This document shows, one piece after another, positions 19,006 to 29,083 of a stretch of 47,045 bases of DNA (position 1 is its first letter; the number at the start of each line of letters is the position of its first letter). The notes under the pieces are model-generated. The model saw nothing but the letters and a program-made list of their open reading frames with translations. It was not told the DNA's origin and searched no databases. A program made the position numbers and the translations under genes. This stretch comes from Candidatus Thorarchaeota archaeon. GTDB lineage: Archaea > Asgardarchaeota > Thorarchaeia > Thorarchaeales > Thorarchaeaceae. The stretch is from positions 1 to 47,045 of the forward strand of contig JBHLQH010000026.1 of the NCBI GenBank assembly GCA_048884965.1. Direction: 5' to 3'.

Positions 19006-19530
19006 TTATTTGTCTATGATAACTCTACTTACTCCGGGAATTGCTGTCAGAGTTTCAATCACTCGTCCCGGCAGAGGTTCTTGAGTAATCACCTTCAAAC
19101 AGGGTTGCTCATAGATGGCGACATCCTCTGCAAGTATTTGGCGAATCGGAATTCCATATCCAGCAATTGTAGAGGTAACCTCTGACAGAATGCCAGGATT
19201 TTCTGGAGATTCAACAAAAATGGTAACGACTCCATATCCCAAGACTCTACTGACCTTCTCTAGAGAGGGTCCAGCTGGCAATAAACAGGAAAAGAAAGAA
19301 AGGAGCTCGGGATTCTCATAGATATCCTCAGTAGTCGCTCTTACAGTTCGGCGATCGAAACCTAGAGCATCGCCAATTGATTTGAGAGGGATTCGAATAG
19401 TACCACACTTTACTTCTCCAGGACCTTCTACTTTGAATCCATGTCGTACAAAGGCTTGTGCGACTGCAAGTCTACTTGGTGATTCTTTAAAGTGGTCGAC
19501 AATTCTACGCCACACATTCAACGCATCCAT
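19006..19530 (-). CDS. HTH plus ACT-domain regulator of amino-acid metabolism (COG2150-like)
   Basis: W..I...F..SP.R..VA, DRRTV, and the C-terminal ACT domain PGIL.EV...IA..GI.IRQ. Confidence 0.85.
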   Translation of the reverse strand: MDALNVWRRIVDHFKESPSRLAVAQAFVRHGFKVEGPGEVKCGTIRIPLKSIGDALGFDRRTVRATTEDIYENPELLSFFSCLLPAGPSLEKVSRVLGYGVVTIFVESPENPGILSEVTSTIAGYGIPIRQILAEDVAIYEQPCLKVITQEPLPGRVIETLTAIPGVSRVIIDK

Positions 19531-20060
19531 CAGACTATGAGCTTCTCCATAAGTATTTCATCGATATATCCCTTTGGCATTAGAAAGTGTTTCTGTCTGT
19601 GCCCAACTAATCTATATCCAAGAGAATGATATAGAGCACGGGCGATAGTGTTTGATTCAAACGTACTAAGCACAATCTTATCATAATGGTGCTCTCGACC
19701 TGCATCTTCTGCAACGAGCATCAATGCCCTTCCTACACCAATATTCCGATACTCTTTCTTGACGATTATTCCTAATCTTGCAACATGTCGAGCTGCTGCC
19801 CATTCCTCAGGTTGTAAGCTGAGGTGGCCTGAATAGCTCCCTCCAATGAATGCGATAAGGAGAACTTCTCGATTTGTTTGTGTCCTTTGAATCCATTCTG
19901 CCCATTCAGACCTATTTGAGTTTGGACGCATTGTTGGCAACCACTCAGCTTCTGACACCACATTGCAGAAATTCTCGTGAAGATCCTTGGCATCTTCGAC
20001 ACGAGCGTGCCGCACATCAATTTGTCTTGCATCTTTGGTGCTAAACTGCCATGTTGTCAA
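19530..20060 (-). CDS. GNAT family acetyltransferase
   Basis: LGIIVKKEYRNIGVGRAL, N..A.ALY..LGY, DEILME. Confidence 0.9.
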   Translation of the reverse strand: MTTWQFSTKDARQIDVRHARVEDAKDLHENFCNVVSEAEWLPTMRPNSNRSEWAEWIQRTQTNREVLLIAFIGGSYSGHLSLQPEEWAAARHVARLGIIVKKEYRNIGVGRALMLVAEDAGREHHYDKIVLSTFESNTIARALYHSLGYRLVGHRQKHFLMPKGYIDEILMEKLIV

Positions 20061-20085
20061 TCGGATTCCTCATTCTTTTCAAATT

Positions 20086-20916
20086 TCATTGCTTTAAGGA
20101 TTCAACTAAAGGTACATCAATTCTAGCTCCAGGGCGAGGCAATGAACAGACGTACACCCTGTCAAGCTCGACTATAGCTGTATTAGCATTAAGTTCTCGG
20201 AACGTTCCCTTCATCTGAAATGCTGCTGGTTCAAGAGTGACCAATGAAATCGCGACTCTTTGACCATCTTCGATATGGTATCCACGTTTTCGCTCTTGGG
20301 TTCTTTTCATTATTACTCGATTTGAATGAACTGGCAACATACCGAACTCAGGAAAACCAGCTGGATAGCCATCATCATCAATGAAGGAAAGAATCTTGAC
20401 TGCAGCCATTTGGGAGAAGCGGCGAAGAATTGGTGGAGACATATTGCCCTCATCCGTGGTAACAGAAGGCACCTTTCCCGCACCTATTTTTGCTTTGAGA
20501 AAACCAGTGAGGACGGAAAGCTTGGAGATACCATACTTCGAGCTTATGGATATAGGGTCAGCCAATCCAGCACCTCGTGCATTCGTATACTGGTTGTATC
20601 TGAAAAGGGGTGTCATTGCGATGAACTCATAGACTTCGTCATTTCTATGAAATGATTCGAAATTAGCTTTTATGAGCCAACTATCAAGATTCATAGTCAT
20701 CACAAGTAGAGACATCTGAGAGTTGCCATCAAGTAAATTCTGTCTGCTCTTGAAGGTCATGAAATCACCATAGACTAGGCGATTCTCGTCATAAATTGTC
20801 CAAGTCATTACAAGAGAACTGTTAGGTTCACCTTTGGCATCTTTCGTAAGCATGAACTTAGGGGTCTCAAAGATGTTCAATGCCTCTTTCAAGTCTTCAG
20901 GTATTCTGTTATCCAC
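20086..20916 (-). CDS. Tandem pyridoxamine-5'-phosphate-oxidase-like (split-barrel flavin-binding) protein
   Basis: Two repeats: KFMLTKDAKGEPNSS...KSRQNL..N..MSLLV and KILSFIDDDGYP...VAISLV...FQMKGTF. Confidence 0.7.
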   Translation of the reverse strand: MDNRIPEDLKEALNIFETPKFMLTKDAKGEPNSSLVMTWTIYDENRLVYGDFMTFKSRQNLLDGNSQMSLLVMTMNLDSWLIKANFESFHRNDEVYEFIAMTPLFRYNQYTNARGAGLADPISISSKYGISKLSVLTGFLKAKIGAGKVPSVTTDEGNMSPPILRRFSQMAAVKILSFIDDDGYPAGFPEFGMLPVHSNRVIMKRTQERKRGYHIEDGQRVAISLVTLEPAAFQMKGTFRELNANTAIVELDRVYVCSLPRPGARIDVPLVESLKQ

Positions 20917-21886
20917 AAGTGTTCACCTCATTTATCGTAGTCTTATTCCGCTCCAATGGATCGTATTTTGTCATCCCCGACCATACAACATTTTCAAGAC
21001 CTTCAGCACGAGCGATCTTAGCCAGCTCCTCCATCTGCGCCGTCTCCATCAATTCGTAGTCCTTCAAAGGATATTCCAATCCAAAGAGCTGATATTTCTC
21101 AACACACATCTTATTGAATGTAAGAAGATCATACCGAGTTGCATTGGGTATATTGTTTTTGATGAATCTAGAGATTGCACGGATATTCTCTGCGCTATTA
21201 GTATGATTTGGTATCACTGGTGTACGAATCCAAATTGGAATGCTCGTCTCTGCAAGAATCATGATATTTGATAGGATTCGTTCTAATGGAATCCCGGTGT
21301 ATTCCATGTGTTTCTCGGGATTCATATGTTTGATATCTAGAAGTACTAAATCAACACAATCGAGAATCGATCGCCATACTGCTTCGCTGGCGTAACCGGT
21401 TGTATCGAGAGCGACATGTACTCCCTGCTTTCTCAACGCCTTAGCTACTTCCATGACGAAGCTTGCTTGAAGCAGTGGCTCACCACCGGATAGTGTTATA
21501 CCTCCCTTTGATGTTTCAAAGAACACCTTATCTCGCAGCAATTCTTCCACTAGCTCATTTAGCTCTCGTACTGTTCCAATTATCTCCATAGCACCAGTAG
21601 GGCAAGCTTCCACGCATTTGCCGCACAGTGTACAATTAGTATGCCTGATAGACATTCCTTCCTCGTTAAGAGAAAGAGCATTCTCTGGGCAAGATGCGAC
21701 GCATGCCTGATCGCCAATGCATTTTGCCCTGTGCCAAACCAACTGCTGGCGGGAATCAATTGTTTCGATATTATGACACCAAATACAATGAAGCGGGCAG
21801 CCTTTCATGAACACAGTCGTTCTGATACCAGGTCCATCCTCTGTTGAACACCGCTGTATATTGGTTATCATTCCAGTATCTGTCAT
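20909..21886 (-). CDS. Glycyl-radical enzyme activating enzyme (radical SAM, ferredoxin insert)
   Basis: DGPGIRTTVFMKGCPLHCIWCHN, two ferredoxin-type motifs, GGITLSGGEP, DTTG, DIKH. Confidence 0.97.
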   Translation of the reverse strand: MTDTGMITNIQRCSTEDGPGIRTTVFMKGCPLHCIWCHNIETIDSRQQLVWHRAKCIGDQACVASCPENALSLNEEGMSIRHTNCTLCGKCVEACPTGAMEIIGTVRELNELVEELLRDKVFFETSKGGITLSGGEPLLQASFVMEVAKALRKQGVHVALDTTGYASEAVWRSILDCVDLVLLDIKHMNPEKHMEYTGIPLERILSNIMILAETSIPIWIRTPVIPNHTNSAENIRAISRFIKNNIPNATRYDLLTFNKMCVEKYQLFGLEYPLKDYELMETAQMEELAKIARAEGLENVVWSGMTKYDPLERNKTTINEVNTCG

Positions 21887-24291
21887 TACAGGCTATGCTC
21901 CGTGCGTGCAATAATTTCTTCTTGAAGCTCACGCCCAATTTGTGTGAAGAAGGCATTATACCCGGTCACTCTGACCAAGAGGTTTGCATAGCTGTCAGGA
22001 TCAGCTTGAGCTGCGCGAAGTGTATTTGCATCAATCACATTGATTTGAAGTGCGGTGCCGCCAACCTCATTGTATGCTCTTAGAAGAGCTGCCAACTTCT
22101 TGATGTGCTCAGGCGTCTTAACCATAGATGGACTCAGTGTAATAGTGTGTGATGCTCCATTTGGTATGGTCTTGAGATCTAGCTTTCCAACAGAGCGTGT
22201 GGATGCAGTAGGCCCTTGGGAATCCATTCCTTGAACAGCACCTACACCGCCAGATAGAAACTCACCTCTCCTACGACCATCAGGTGTGGCAGATGTAAGG
22301 GGAGCCAGTGGGACGAAGTAGTTCCAGCTGAGATACCCAGCGCGATATTTCCGTTTGGTAATTGGATTCTCGTGCTTGATTACCTCCTTTGCCCAGAAAG
22401 TGGAGAGATCTCTAGCAACCTCATCTGCATAATCATCATCATTCCCAAACTTGGGAGCTTTTTGACGAAGCAATTGACGAAGTTCCTCAAAACCCTCATA
22501 GTTGCTCTGTATAGCATCAATTAGATCCTTCATGGAAATCCGCTTGGTTTCGTACACCATTTTCTTCATAGCTGAAACAGAATCTGCAAGAGTGGCAATA
22601 CCCATGCCTTCCATGGTATTGTAATTCCAGATTGTACCTCCCTCATTGACGTCCTTCCCATTCTGAGCACATCCATCCATGAGTGCGCTTAGATAGGGAG
22701 TAGGTTGCCACTTGGCTCGAACTGTATCAGCCATATTGCCAGCATCAGCAAGTAATCGTACAATTTCTGAGAGTTGGGTCTTTACAGCGTATAGGAATTG
22801 CTCATAGGTGGAGAATGAGAAAGGACTTCCAGTCCTTATGCCAACTTGCACACCTGTCGCTAAATCCTTGCCATCATTCAGAGCAAATTCCACTGCTTTT
22901 GCTAGATTCATATTAACATCCACAGTATCAGATCGGTCATTACCCTGCATGGTATTCTCAAGGCAGCCTACAATACCATAATCCCATGCATCTTCTCGAG
23001 GAATCCCTTGCCAGACCAAGCCCTCGATACTATGCTCATCGAAGTTCAGAAGGAATGGAGACCCTTGGGCTCTAGAAAGCATCTCAGCGATTCTAAGCAG
23101 CAGATCTTCAGGCGTGTTCCTATGGATTCTGATATTTGGCTTAGGCTCGAGCAGATTCATCTCCTCGATAACATCCAAAGCCAACCACGTAAGATCATTC
23201 GTCAAGTCCTCTCCATTGGGACCACATCCACCCAGTGTTATCAATTGGCCAAAGCTCGAATTGATTCCTTGGTTCAGACCAAGTCGTCCCTGAAAATCAT
23301 AGACGTAGTTATGCTTAATCCAGTAGCACTGAAGTAGCTCTTTCGCCTCCGCACTAGTCATTTCTCCAGTATCAATACTTGCTTTGTAGAATGGATACAT
23401 GTATTGGTCCCATCTGCCATGGGATAAACCAGCACCGGGATAGGACTCTGCCGCCATCACGAGCATGTGCGTTATCCATAGGGATTGAAGAGCTTCCCAG
23501 AAGGACTCTGGAGGAGCCCATGGTACTTTTCGGCATATTCGCGCAATCTCGCGAAGTTCATCTTTCCTTTTATCATCAGTTTCTGCTACAGCCATTGATT
23601 CAGCTTTCTCAGCATATCGCAGACTGAAATCTCGAGCTGTGTTGCAGCTGAGTATCAGGGATTCTACGAATTCACGATGCTCTTTGGTGAGTTCATCCTT
23701 CAATATCTCACGATATTCCTCTACAAGACCCTTCAAGCCTATTCGCATGACCTTGGCATAATTTGGGATGATATGACCAGGGACTGAAGAAGCAGTACCG
23801 ACACCTACACTGTTGAGTCGCTTGGCTTCATCAAACCATTTATCCATCTCCTTATTTCGAACCTTGGTTTCTGACTTTGTGAGAGACCTTGACAGAGCTG
23901 TATTGAAATTAAAGCCAACAATGAGCTCACCATCGAGGATAGTGATAGGCATATACTTGGTCATGACTTCATGGAAGAAGATAGCACGCCGCATCGCTAA
24001 ACCGTGATTGAAGTAACCTTCAAGTAGTTTTACAGGGATAGCCATTGCCTGTAAAGTCGCATTGATTGAGGGGAAGAAAGGATAGATGGCAGGCTCATTC
24101 GCCCAGTCATGTGTCGAATAGACTTCGTCCCAATCAGTACCAGTTGTAAATGCCAGTGGTTCATTGGTTTCTTCTCGCTCATGGAAGGAATAGAAATGAC
24201 TCCGAAGCCGTTTCACTCGATCTGAGAGATTATCTGAAGGAGACCAAATCGCAGTAGGTCTAGTTATCTCACCTATGGTCATCAATGTCAC
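21886..24291 (-). CDS. Glycyl-radical enzyme (PFL2/dehydratase-like clade), substrate unknown
   Basis: Cys loop IVGCLE, Gly loop LLVRVTGYNAFF, FWEALQ, GRWDQY, PKFGND, ATPDGR. Confidence 0.95.
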   Translation of the reverse strand: MTLMTIGEITRPTAIWSPSDNLSDRVKRLRSHFYSFHEREETNEPLAFTTGTDWDEVYSTHDWANEPAIYPFFPSINATLQAMAIPVKLLEGYFNHGLAMRRAIFFHEVMTKYMPITILDGELIVGFNFNTALSRSLTKSETKVRNKEMDKWFDEAKRLNSVGVGTASSVPGHIIPNYAKVMRIGLKGLVEEYREILKDELTKEHREFVESLILSCNTARDFSLRYAEKAESMAVAETDDKRKDELREIARICRKVPWAPPESFWEALQSLWITHMLVMAAESYPGAGLSHGRWDQYMYPFYKASIDTGEMTSAEAKELLQCYWIKHNYVYDFQGRLGLNQGINSSFGQLITLGGCGPNGEDLTNDLTWLALDVIEEMNLLEPKPNIRIHRNTPEDLLLRIAEMLSRAQGSPFLLNFDEHSIEGLVWQGIPREDAWDYGIVGCLENTMQGNDRSDTVDVNMNLAKAVEFALNDGKDLATGVQVGIRTGSPFSFSTYEQFLYAVKTQLSEIVRLLADAGNMADTVRAKWQPTPYLSALMDGCAQNGKDVNEGGTIWNYNTMEGMGIATLADSVSAMKKMVYETKRISMKDLIDAIQSNYEGFEELRQLLRQKAPKFGNDDDYADEVARDLSTFWAKEVIKHENPITKRKYRAGYLSWNYFVPLAPLTSATPDGRRRGEFLSGGVGAVQGMDSQGPTASTRSVGKLDLKTIPNGASHTITLSPSMVKTPEHIKKLAALLRAYNEVGGTALQINVIDANTLRAAQADPDSYANLLVRVTGYNAFFTQIGRELQEEIIARTEHSL

Positions 24292-24442
24292 ATCCCAGTT
24301 GTTCTAGAAGTGCTTTAGTAAAAATGACTAATATATCTCCTGTTGTACACCTTTCAAACTGGCGCTAGCCTTAAAAGTGGTCTATTTTCTTGTGGCTCAT
24401 CCGCCCGAATTATATCATAATGGGTTCAAGGAAGGCTTCAGA

Positions 24443-25996
24443 ATGAAGAAAACAAATCTGGTAACATTGCTGATTGTAACTTTGATGCTAGCCGGCAGCT
24501 TTTACATTCAACCCATATCACAAACGCAACAACTAGTTGCGACTGAAGCACCTGTATCACCACATGAAACTGCAGGATTTGATTCAGAGAATTTAACAAT
24601 AGTACTAATATCTCCCGCTAATCAAAGCACACTTGTTGGAACAGTTGATTTGAATGTGACAATAACTTCTGTCAACGGACCCATCAATATAACACTCCTT
24701 GTCGGGGGAGAGATTTACTTTTCGAATTACAACGGTACTGAGATCACTCCAGGATCTATGAACATCACAGTAGATACAACAATGCTTCCAGAAGGCGCAC
24801 TTAACTTCACAATACTACTCGAAGATAATAGCACTGGAACAAATGATAAAGAAACCTATCACCTAGTATTTACAATCGATAATCATGGAGCCCCAGTAGT
24901 TGAATTACTCTCTCCAGCGGCGGATGGTATCTTTACGGGACTTGATGACCTCGAACTCAATATTACCTCTGATTACACTGAAGTTTTTCTGAATGTGACA
25001 GTAGACGGTGCAATCACCTCCGAATTCAACGCAACACTGGTCCCAGTTGGTGCAGGAAATTTCACCATTAATGGAACAAGATATGAAAACGGACATCACC
25101 AAATTGGTATCATTGTCTATACGGAGGAAGGTCTCCAAGATTCTGTCACACTCACACTGATTTTCTTGGACTATATTCGCTTCCTCATCAATGACGTCAC
25201 TGCATACGATGACATTGCAGGAGTATTTGAGTTTGACATCACCATTCAATCACCATATGATTCAGCTACAATAGAATTGTTTGTTGATGATGTATTCGAC
25301 TCCTCAAACGATTATGAAGTCACAAATGATAGCGTCATCTTTCCGTTGGACACAACAGCCTATTCAGAAGGTGAACATAACTTCACTTTCATAGCTAGTG
25401 ATGAGTTTGGACACACTTGGACAAGATTGTGGGTGTTTGTAATCGACAATCATGGCGTACCCGAGATTGACCTAATTTCACCAACCACAGATGTCGTTGT
25501 GGGATATGCTGCCTTCATCGTCAACATTGAGAGTACCTGGGATACTGTGACTGTGAGAGTATTTGTTGACAATGTAGAGATCGAGAACTATACAGATGTC
25601 GTACCAGGTGAGTTCATCTTCTATATTGATACTAGTATATATTCGAAATGGGAGCACACCTTGAAGGTCGTCGTTGAAACTGAAGAGGGTGAGTCTGCAG
25701 AAGTTGAAGATGTCTTTGGTTTTGCGAATATCAGAATTGAAGAGGTCATTAGCCTAGTTGTCCTACTGGGACTTGCTATAGCTATCCCATTGACACGCAA
25801 GAAAGGAGGAGAGCCTATTAGGCCAATCATCATCCTTGATTTGATCTACATTGCAGTGATCGCAGCGGGATTCCTAGTACTTGGCATTACGACACTCAAT
25901 TATCTTGTCTGGCATTTCAATCTCGGAAGCATCTGGATCTTGGGAAGTATTCTCGTGATTCTGAACTGGGTCTTCCCATTGCTGAAGGAAGAATAG
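24443..25996 (+). CDS. Cell-surface glycoprotein with about four Ig-like (Big) repeats and a C-terminal 3-TM anchor
   Basis: Signal peptide; repeats marked by IDNHGAP.V.L.SP / IDNHGVP.I.L.SP and DTT...EG..NFT; many NxS/T sequons; three hydrophobic C-terminal helices. Confidence 0.8.
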   Translation: MKKTNLVTLLIVTLMLAGSFYIQPISQTQQLVATEAPVSPHETAGFDSENLTIVLISPANQSTLVGTVDLNVTITSVNGPINITLLVGGEIYFSNYNGTEITPGSMNITVDTTMLPEGALNFTILLEDNSTGTNDKETYHLVFTIDNHGAPVVELLSPAADGIFTGLDDLELNITSDYTEVFLNVTVDGAITSEFNATLVPVGAGNFTINGTRYENGHHQIGIIVYTEEGLQDSVTLTLIFLDYIRFLINDVTAYDDIAGVFEFDITIQSPYDSATIELFVDDVFDSSNDYEVTNDSVIFPLDTTAYSEGEHNFTFIASDEFGHTWTRLWVFVIDNHGVPEIDLISPTTDVVVGYAAFIVNIESTWDTVTVRVFVDNVEIENYTDVVPGEFIFYIDTSIYSKWEHTLKVVVETEEGESAEVEDVFGFANIRIEEVISLVVLLGLAIAIPLTRKKGGEPIRPIIILDLIYIAVIAAGFLVLGITTLNYLVWHFNLGSIWILGSILVILNWVFPLLKEE

Positions 25997-25997
25997 A

Positions 25998-26861
25998 TCA
26001 TATCAAACGTGTGACAGGAATGTCACGTGTATCCTCAACGGACCAACGAGCGCTTTTTTTGAAGCGTTCAAGTTGGTCCTTGGGGATAGTACTCTTTATT
26101 CTTTTGACTTTCAATGCTGTACTCATTGACAATAACTTAGACAGGATAGTATTCACATTTTCTGCTGAAGGATCAATAGCATCCAGGACAATATGGCATT
26201 CATCTATGTCAGTTTTTACTATGATTCCGATTCCAACATGCTTGCCACCTTTTGAGAACTCAAAGAGTCGACCAGGGAGCTTCTGATCAATGAGAAGGCT
26301 TGAGAGGTTGGAGAAGCTTCCAGGAACAGAGATGTAGGAATATGCCATGGAGCTTGGTATCCTTGATATGGATTTTAACTGGGTAGCCTTCAGACCCTTA
26401 AATGGTATGGCTTTGATCTTTGATGGTGTTGTGGTAATATTGACAAGAGAGCCTCTGGCGAAATAATCAACCTTCATCCAATAATTATATGCCTCAGGAG
26501 GCGACAGTGCAACTACCCTCGCTGCTTTCTTCTCCTTCAAAATTGATTCGGTTGCTCGGGTCAACTGAGTTCCGATTGTCCTCTTCTGAAATCTCACGTC
26601 GATGTCCAGATTGCGGATTATCCCAATGCGACCAATTAAGGGGTTTTTTTCTAGATTGAAGACAATCTCTCCAATTACGACACCCTCTTCTTCAGCTACA
26701 AGCCATCCCCAATTCTTGAATCCTATGCCCCGGTGTTCAAGCTTGACTTCCTCAACTGTTTGATAGCCACCATCCTTCGCACGATAATACCAACGGGTCG
26801 TTTGGTATACAGTGAGGAGATCTTTGCAATCTCGCATCTTCCCTTTTCTGATAGTGACCAT
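25998..26861 (-). CDS. GNAT family acetyltransferase with additional C-terminal domain
   Basis: WLVAEEEGVVIGEI, LDIDVRFQKRTIGTQL, A.NYW.K..Y. Confidence 0.8.
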   Translation of the reverse strand: MVTIRKGKMRDCKDLLTVYQTTRWYYRAKDGGYQTVEEVKLEHRGIGFKNWGWLVAEEEGVVIGEIVFNLEKNPLIGRIGIIRNLDIDVRFQKRTIGTQLTRATESILKEKKAARVVALSPPEAYNYWMKVDYFARGSLVNITTTPSKIKAIPFKGLKATQLKSISRIPSSMAYSYISVPGSFSNLSSLLIDQKLPGRLFEFSKGGKHVGIGIIVKTDIDECHIVLDAIDPSAENVNTILSKLLSMSTALKVKRIKSTIPKDQLERFKKSARWSVEDTRDIPVTRLI

Positions 26862-26937
26862 TCACGATTCTCTCCAGAGAGTGTTCATCCTCGTAGGAGA
26901 AGGAACTAAACATAAAACGATGTAACACAATGGCGTA

Positions 26938-27861
26938 TCAATTCACGTGAATACCAATACGATTTGAGAGCTTGGCCAAATCGAATGCAGATTTACCGAA
27001 TATATACAGAATGGGCTCGACGCCGATTCCGCCAGGCACATTAATCCCGAGAAATCCTTTTGGTCGCGATTTCAATAACTCAAAAACAGCAGCAGCGATG
27101 ACATTCACATCATTCTGAGCGTCTTTGAGATGGATCACATTTACGCCTTCTTGTTCTGAAGCTACAATAATCGAGTCTTTTCCACTGATGCATAAACAGG
27201 CTCTATAGTAAGACCATTTCTCTCGTATATTGAGGAGTAAGGATGCGGTATGCTTTGAAGCTCCGAATTGAGGCCCTAAAAAGGCTCTTGCTCTACCTTC
27301 GATTAGGGTTATTCTTCCAGGAATGCCCGCAACATCAGAAAGCGCTCTTGCTTCTTTGAGGCATGAAACTAGGTTAGCCCGTACTTCAGGAACAAGGTAG
27401 GAGAATGTATTTGAACTCTCGATTGTATCTAGAGCTTCTTGCAGATCTCCAATAACTTCTGAACGTGAAGTCAGCTCCTGATCCGAGCCTCCGAGGAGCT
27501 CTGAGCAGATTGTACACTCTTCCTCAGCCAAGACTGCATGGGATCGTTTATGCAGTGTACAGATATCGGAGCCAATCCTCAGGGTCATGCATGTGCCACA
27601 GACTTGCTTGAGAATTTGTGATTGGGTCTTTGAATCATCCAGAAGATCTTGGGCGATTCTGGTGGCAAGTACATGGATGTGGCGGTCAATACTTCGCGTT
27701 CGGTCTGACTGCCTTAGATATTTACTTACAGCTGCTTGCGTCAAACCGATTCTCTCAGCTATCTCCATTTGCGAAAGACCTCGTTCCTTCAGAATTCGTG
27801 AAAGGGAAGCCCGTAAATCAGGTAAGAACTCTCGTTGAACTATCTCGCAAGGCGGACGCAT
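26938..27861 (-). CDS. thiR: ThiR-type transcriptional regulator (HTH plus ThiN-like thiamine-phosphate-binding domain)
   Basis: PCE...LP..R, LSQ.EIA..IGLTQAAVSKY HTH; LVPEVRANL, DVAGIPGRI, FGASKH, G.EP ThiN motifs; divergent from a thiamine ABC transporter. Confidence 0.88.
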   Translation of the reverse strand: MRPPCEIVQREFLPDLRASLSRILKERGLSQMEIAERIGLTQAAVSKYLRQSDRTRSIDRHIHVLATRIAQDLLDDSKTQSQILKQVCGTCMTLRIGSDICTLHKRSHAVLAEEECTICSELLGGSDQELTSRSEVIGDLQEALDTIESSNTFSYLVPEVRANLVSCLKEARALSDVAGIPGRITLIEGRARAFLGPQFGASKHTASLLLNIREKWSYYRACLCISGKDSIIVASEQEGVNVIHLKDAQNDVNVIAAAVFELLKSRPKGFLGINVPGGIGVEPILYIFGKSAFDLAKLSNRIGIHVN

Positions 27862-27902
27862 TTACTGACCTCCAAAGAAAGCTATTTATGAGACCAGCTT
27901 TC

Positions 27903-27921
27903 TATAACTTAGTTGTATAAC
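27903..27921. promoter_or_regulatory. Candidate ThiR operator
   Basis: TATAAC-TTA-GTTGTA imperfect palindrome overlapping a second TATAAC in the 84-bp thiR/thiB divergent gap. Confidence 0.55.
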
Positions 27922-27945
27922 ACCGATATAAAGGATGCAGTTTAG

Positions 27946-29070
27946 GTGAACGATTCAGAATATCCTGTCCGTCGTAATCCAAAAGTGGTCATTGGTGCTA
28001 CTGCGTTGGTTGTCGTTATCGTGATTGCAGCGTATGGCGTCCTAAGTTGGCAGGGACCCACTCCTACATTGACAGTATATACATACGATAGTTTTCTTCT
28101 ATGGGGAGATGATCCTGATAACATCGATAGTACTGTATTCGCATCCTTTGAAGAACAGCATGGAATCGATGTTGACATTCGTAGATTGAATACAGATGCA
28201 AATGGAATTGTATCAAGACTCATTGCTGAATCATCAAATCCAGTAGCAGATGTGGTAATTGGCATTGACAATATCTTGATCCTTCAAAGTCTCACGAAGA
28301 GCGTTCTAGAGCCATATACACCAACGAATATAGATCAGATTGACAGCTCAATCATCACAGCCTTGGATGCAGAGCATTATATCTCCCCATTTGATTTTGG
28401 ACTTGTAACTCTCATCCATAGAACATCAGAGCTCAATACCACTTCAAATCCTGAGATGGAGAACCTCACCCTAACAGATTTGATTGGGCTCTCCTCAATG
28501 CTTGTAACGGAAAACCCTCATTTTAGTAGCCCAGGTTTGGCCTTTCTTCTTAGTCAAATTGCAGTTTATGACAAATTGATGGAAATGGATTGGAAAGATT
28601 GGTGGCAAGCTGTCCAAGACGATATTGATGTTCAAGAAGGATGGACTGAAGCTTGGGGCAAATGGGATACGGATCCAACCAAAAAGATCCTAGTGAGTTA
28701 TGGGACAGATCCAGCATATGATGCTTCATGGACTGGCGAGGAACCCGATACTGCAATTGCCCCAATTTATTATGAAGGTCAGGATTACGCATGGATGCAG
28801 GTAGAAGGGATTGGGCTCGTAAAAGATGGCCCTCATCAGACATTAGGAAAAGCATTCATTGACTATTGCATATCATCGGTGGTTCAACAACATATTGCAC
28901 TAAACCAATGGATGTTCCCTGCAAATTTGAATGTAGAGCTTGACCCAGTATTTGATTATGCACTTCATCCAAATGATGTCACACTTCTGAATCCATTACT
29001 GCCAAGTACAGAGATTGCTGCAAACCTGGATTCATGGCTTGACGAGTTTGATGAGATAATGATCGGATAA
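27946..29070 (+). CDS. thiB: Thiamine ABC transporter substrate-binding protein
   Basis: LTVYTYDSF, ADVVIGIDN, SSPGLAFLL, SY.TDPAY, QVEG, NQWMFP. Confidence 0.92.
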   Translation: MNDSEYPVRRNPKVVIGATALVVVIVIAAYGVLSWQGPTPTLTVYTYDSFLLWGDDPDNIDSTVFASFEEQHGIDVDIRRLNTDANGIVSRLIAESSNPVADVVIGIDNILILQSLTKSVLEPYTPTNIDQIDSSIITALDAEHYISPFDFGLVTLIHRTSELNTTSNPEMENLTLTDLIGLSSMLVTENPHFSSPGLAFLLSQIAVYDKLMEMDWKDWWQAVQDDIDVQEGWTEAWGKWDTDPTKKILVSYGTDPAYDASWTGEEPDTAIAPIYYEGQDYAWMQVEGIGLVKDGPHQTLGKAFIDYCISSVVQQHIALNQWMFPANLNVELDPVFDYALHPNDVTLLNPLLPSTEIAANLDSWLDEFDEIMIG

Positions 29071-29083
29071 TGAGGCATCTATT

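Noticed and set aside
21886-24291. Annotation as pyruvate formate-lyase
   Set aside because: Lacks the adjacent Cys-Cys pair of true PFL, and the activase has the ferredoxin insert typical of non-PFL GREs.
27862-27945. TPP riboswitch upstream of thiB
   Set aside because: The gap is only 84 bp, AT-rich, and lacks the conserved CUGAGA/AUACC-type elements; ThiR explains the regulation.
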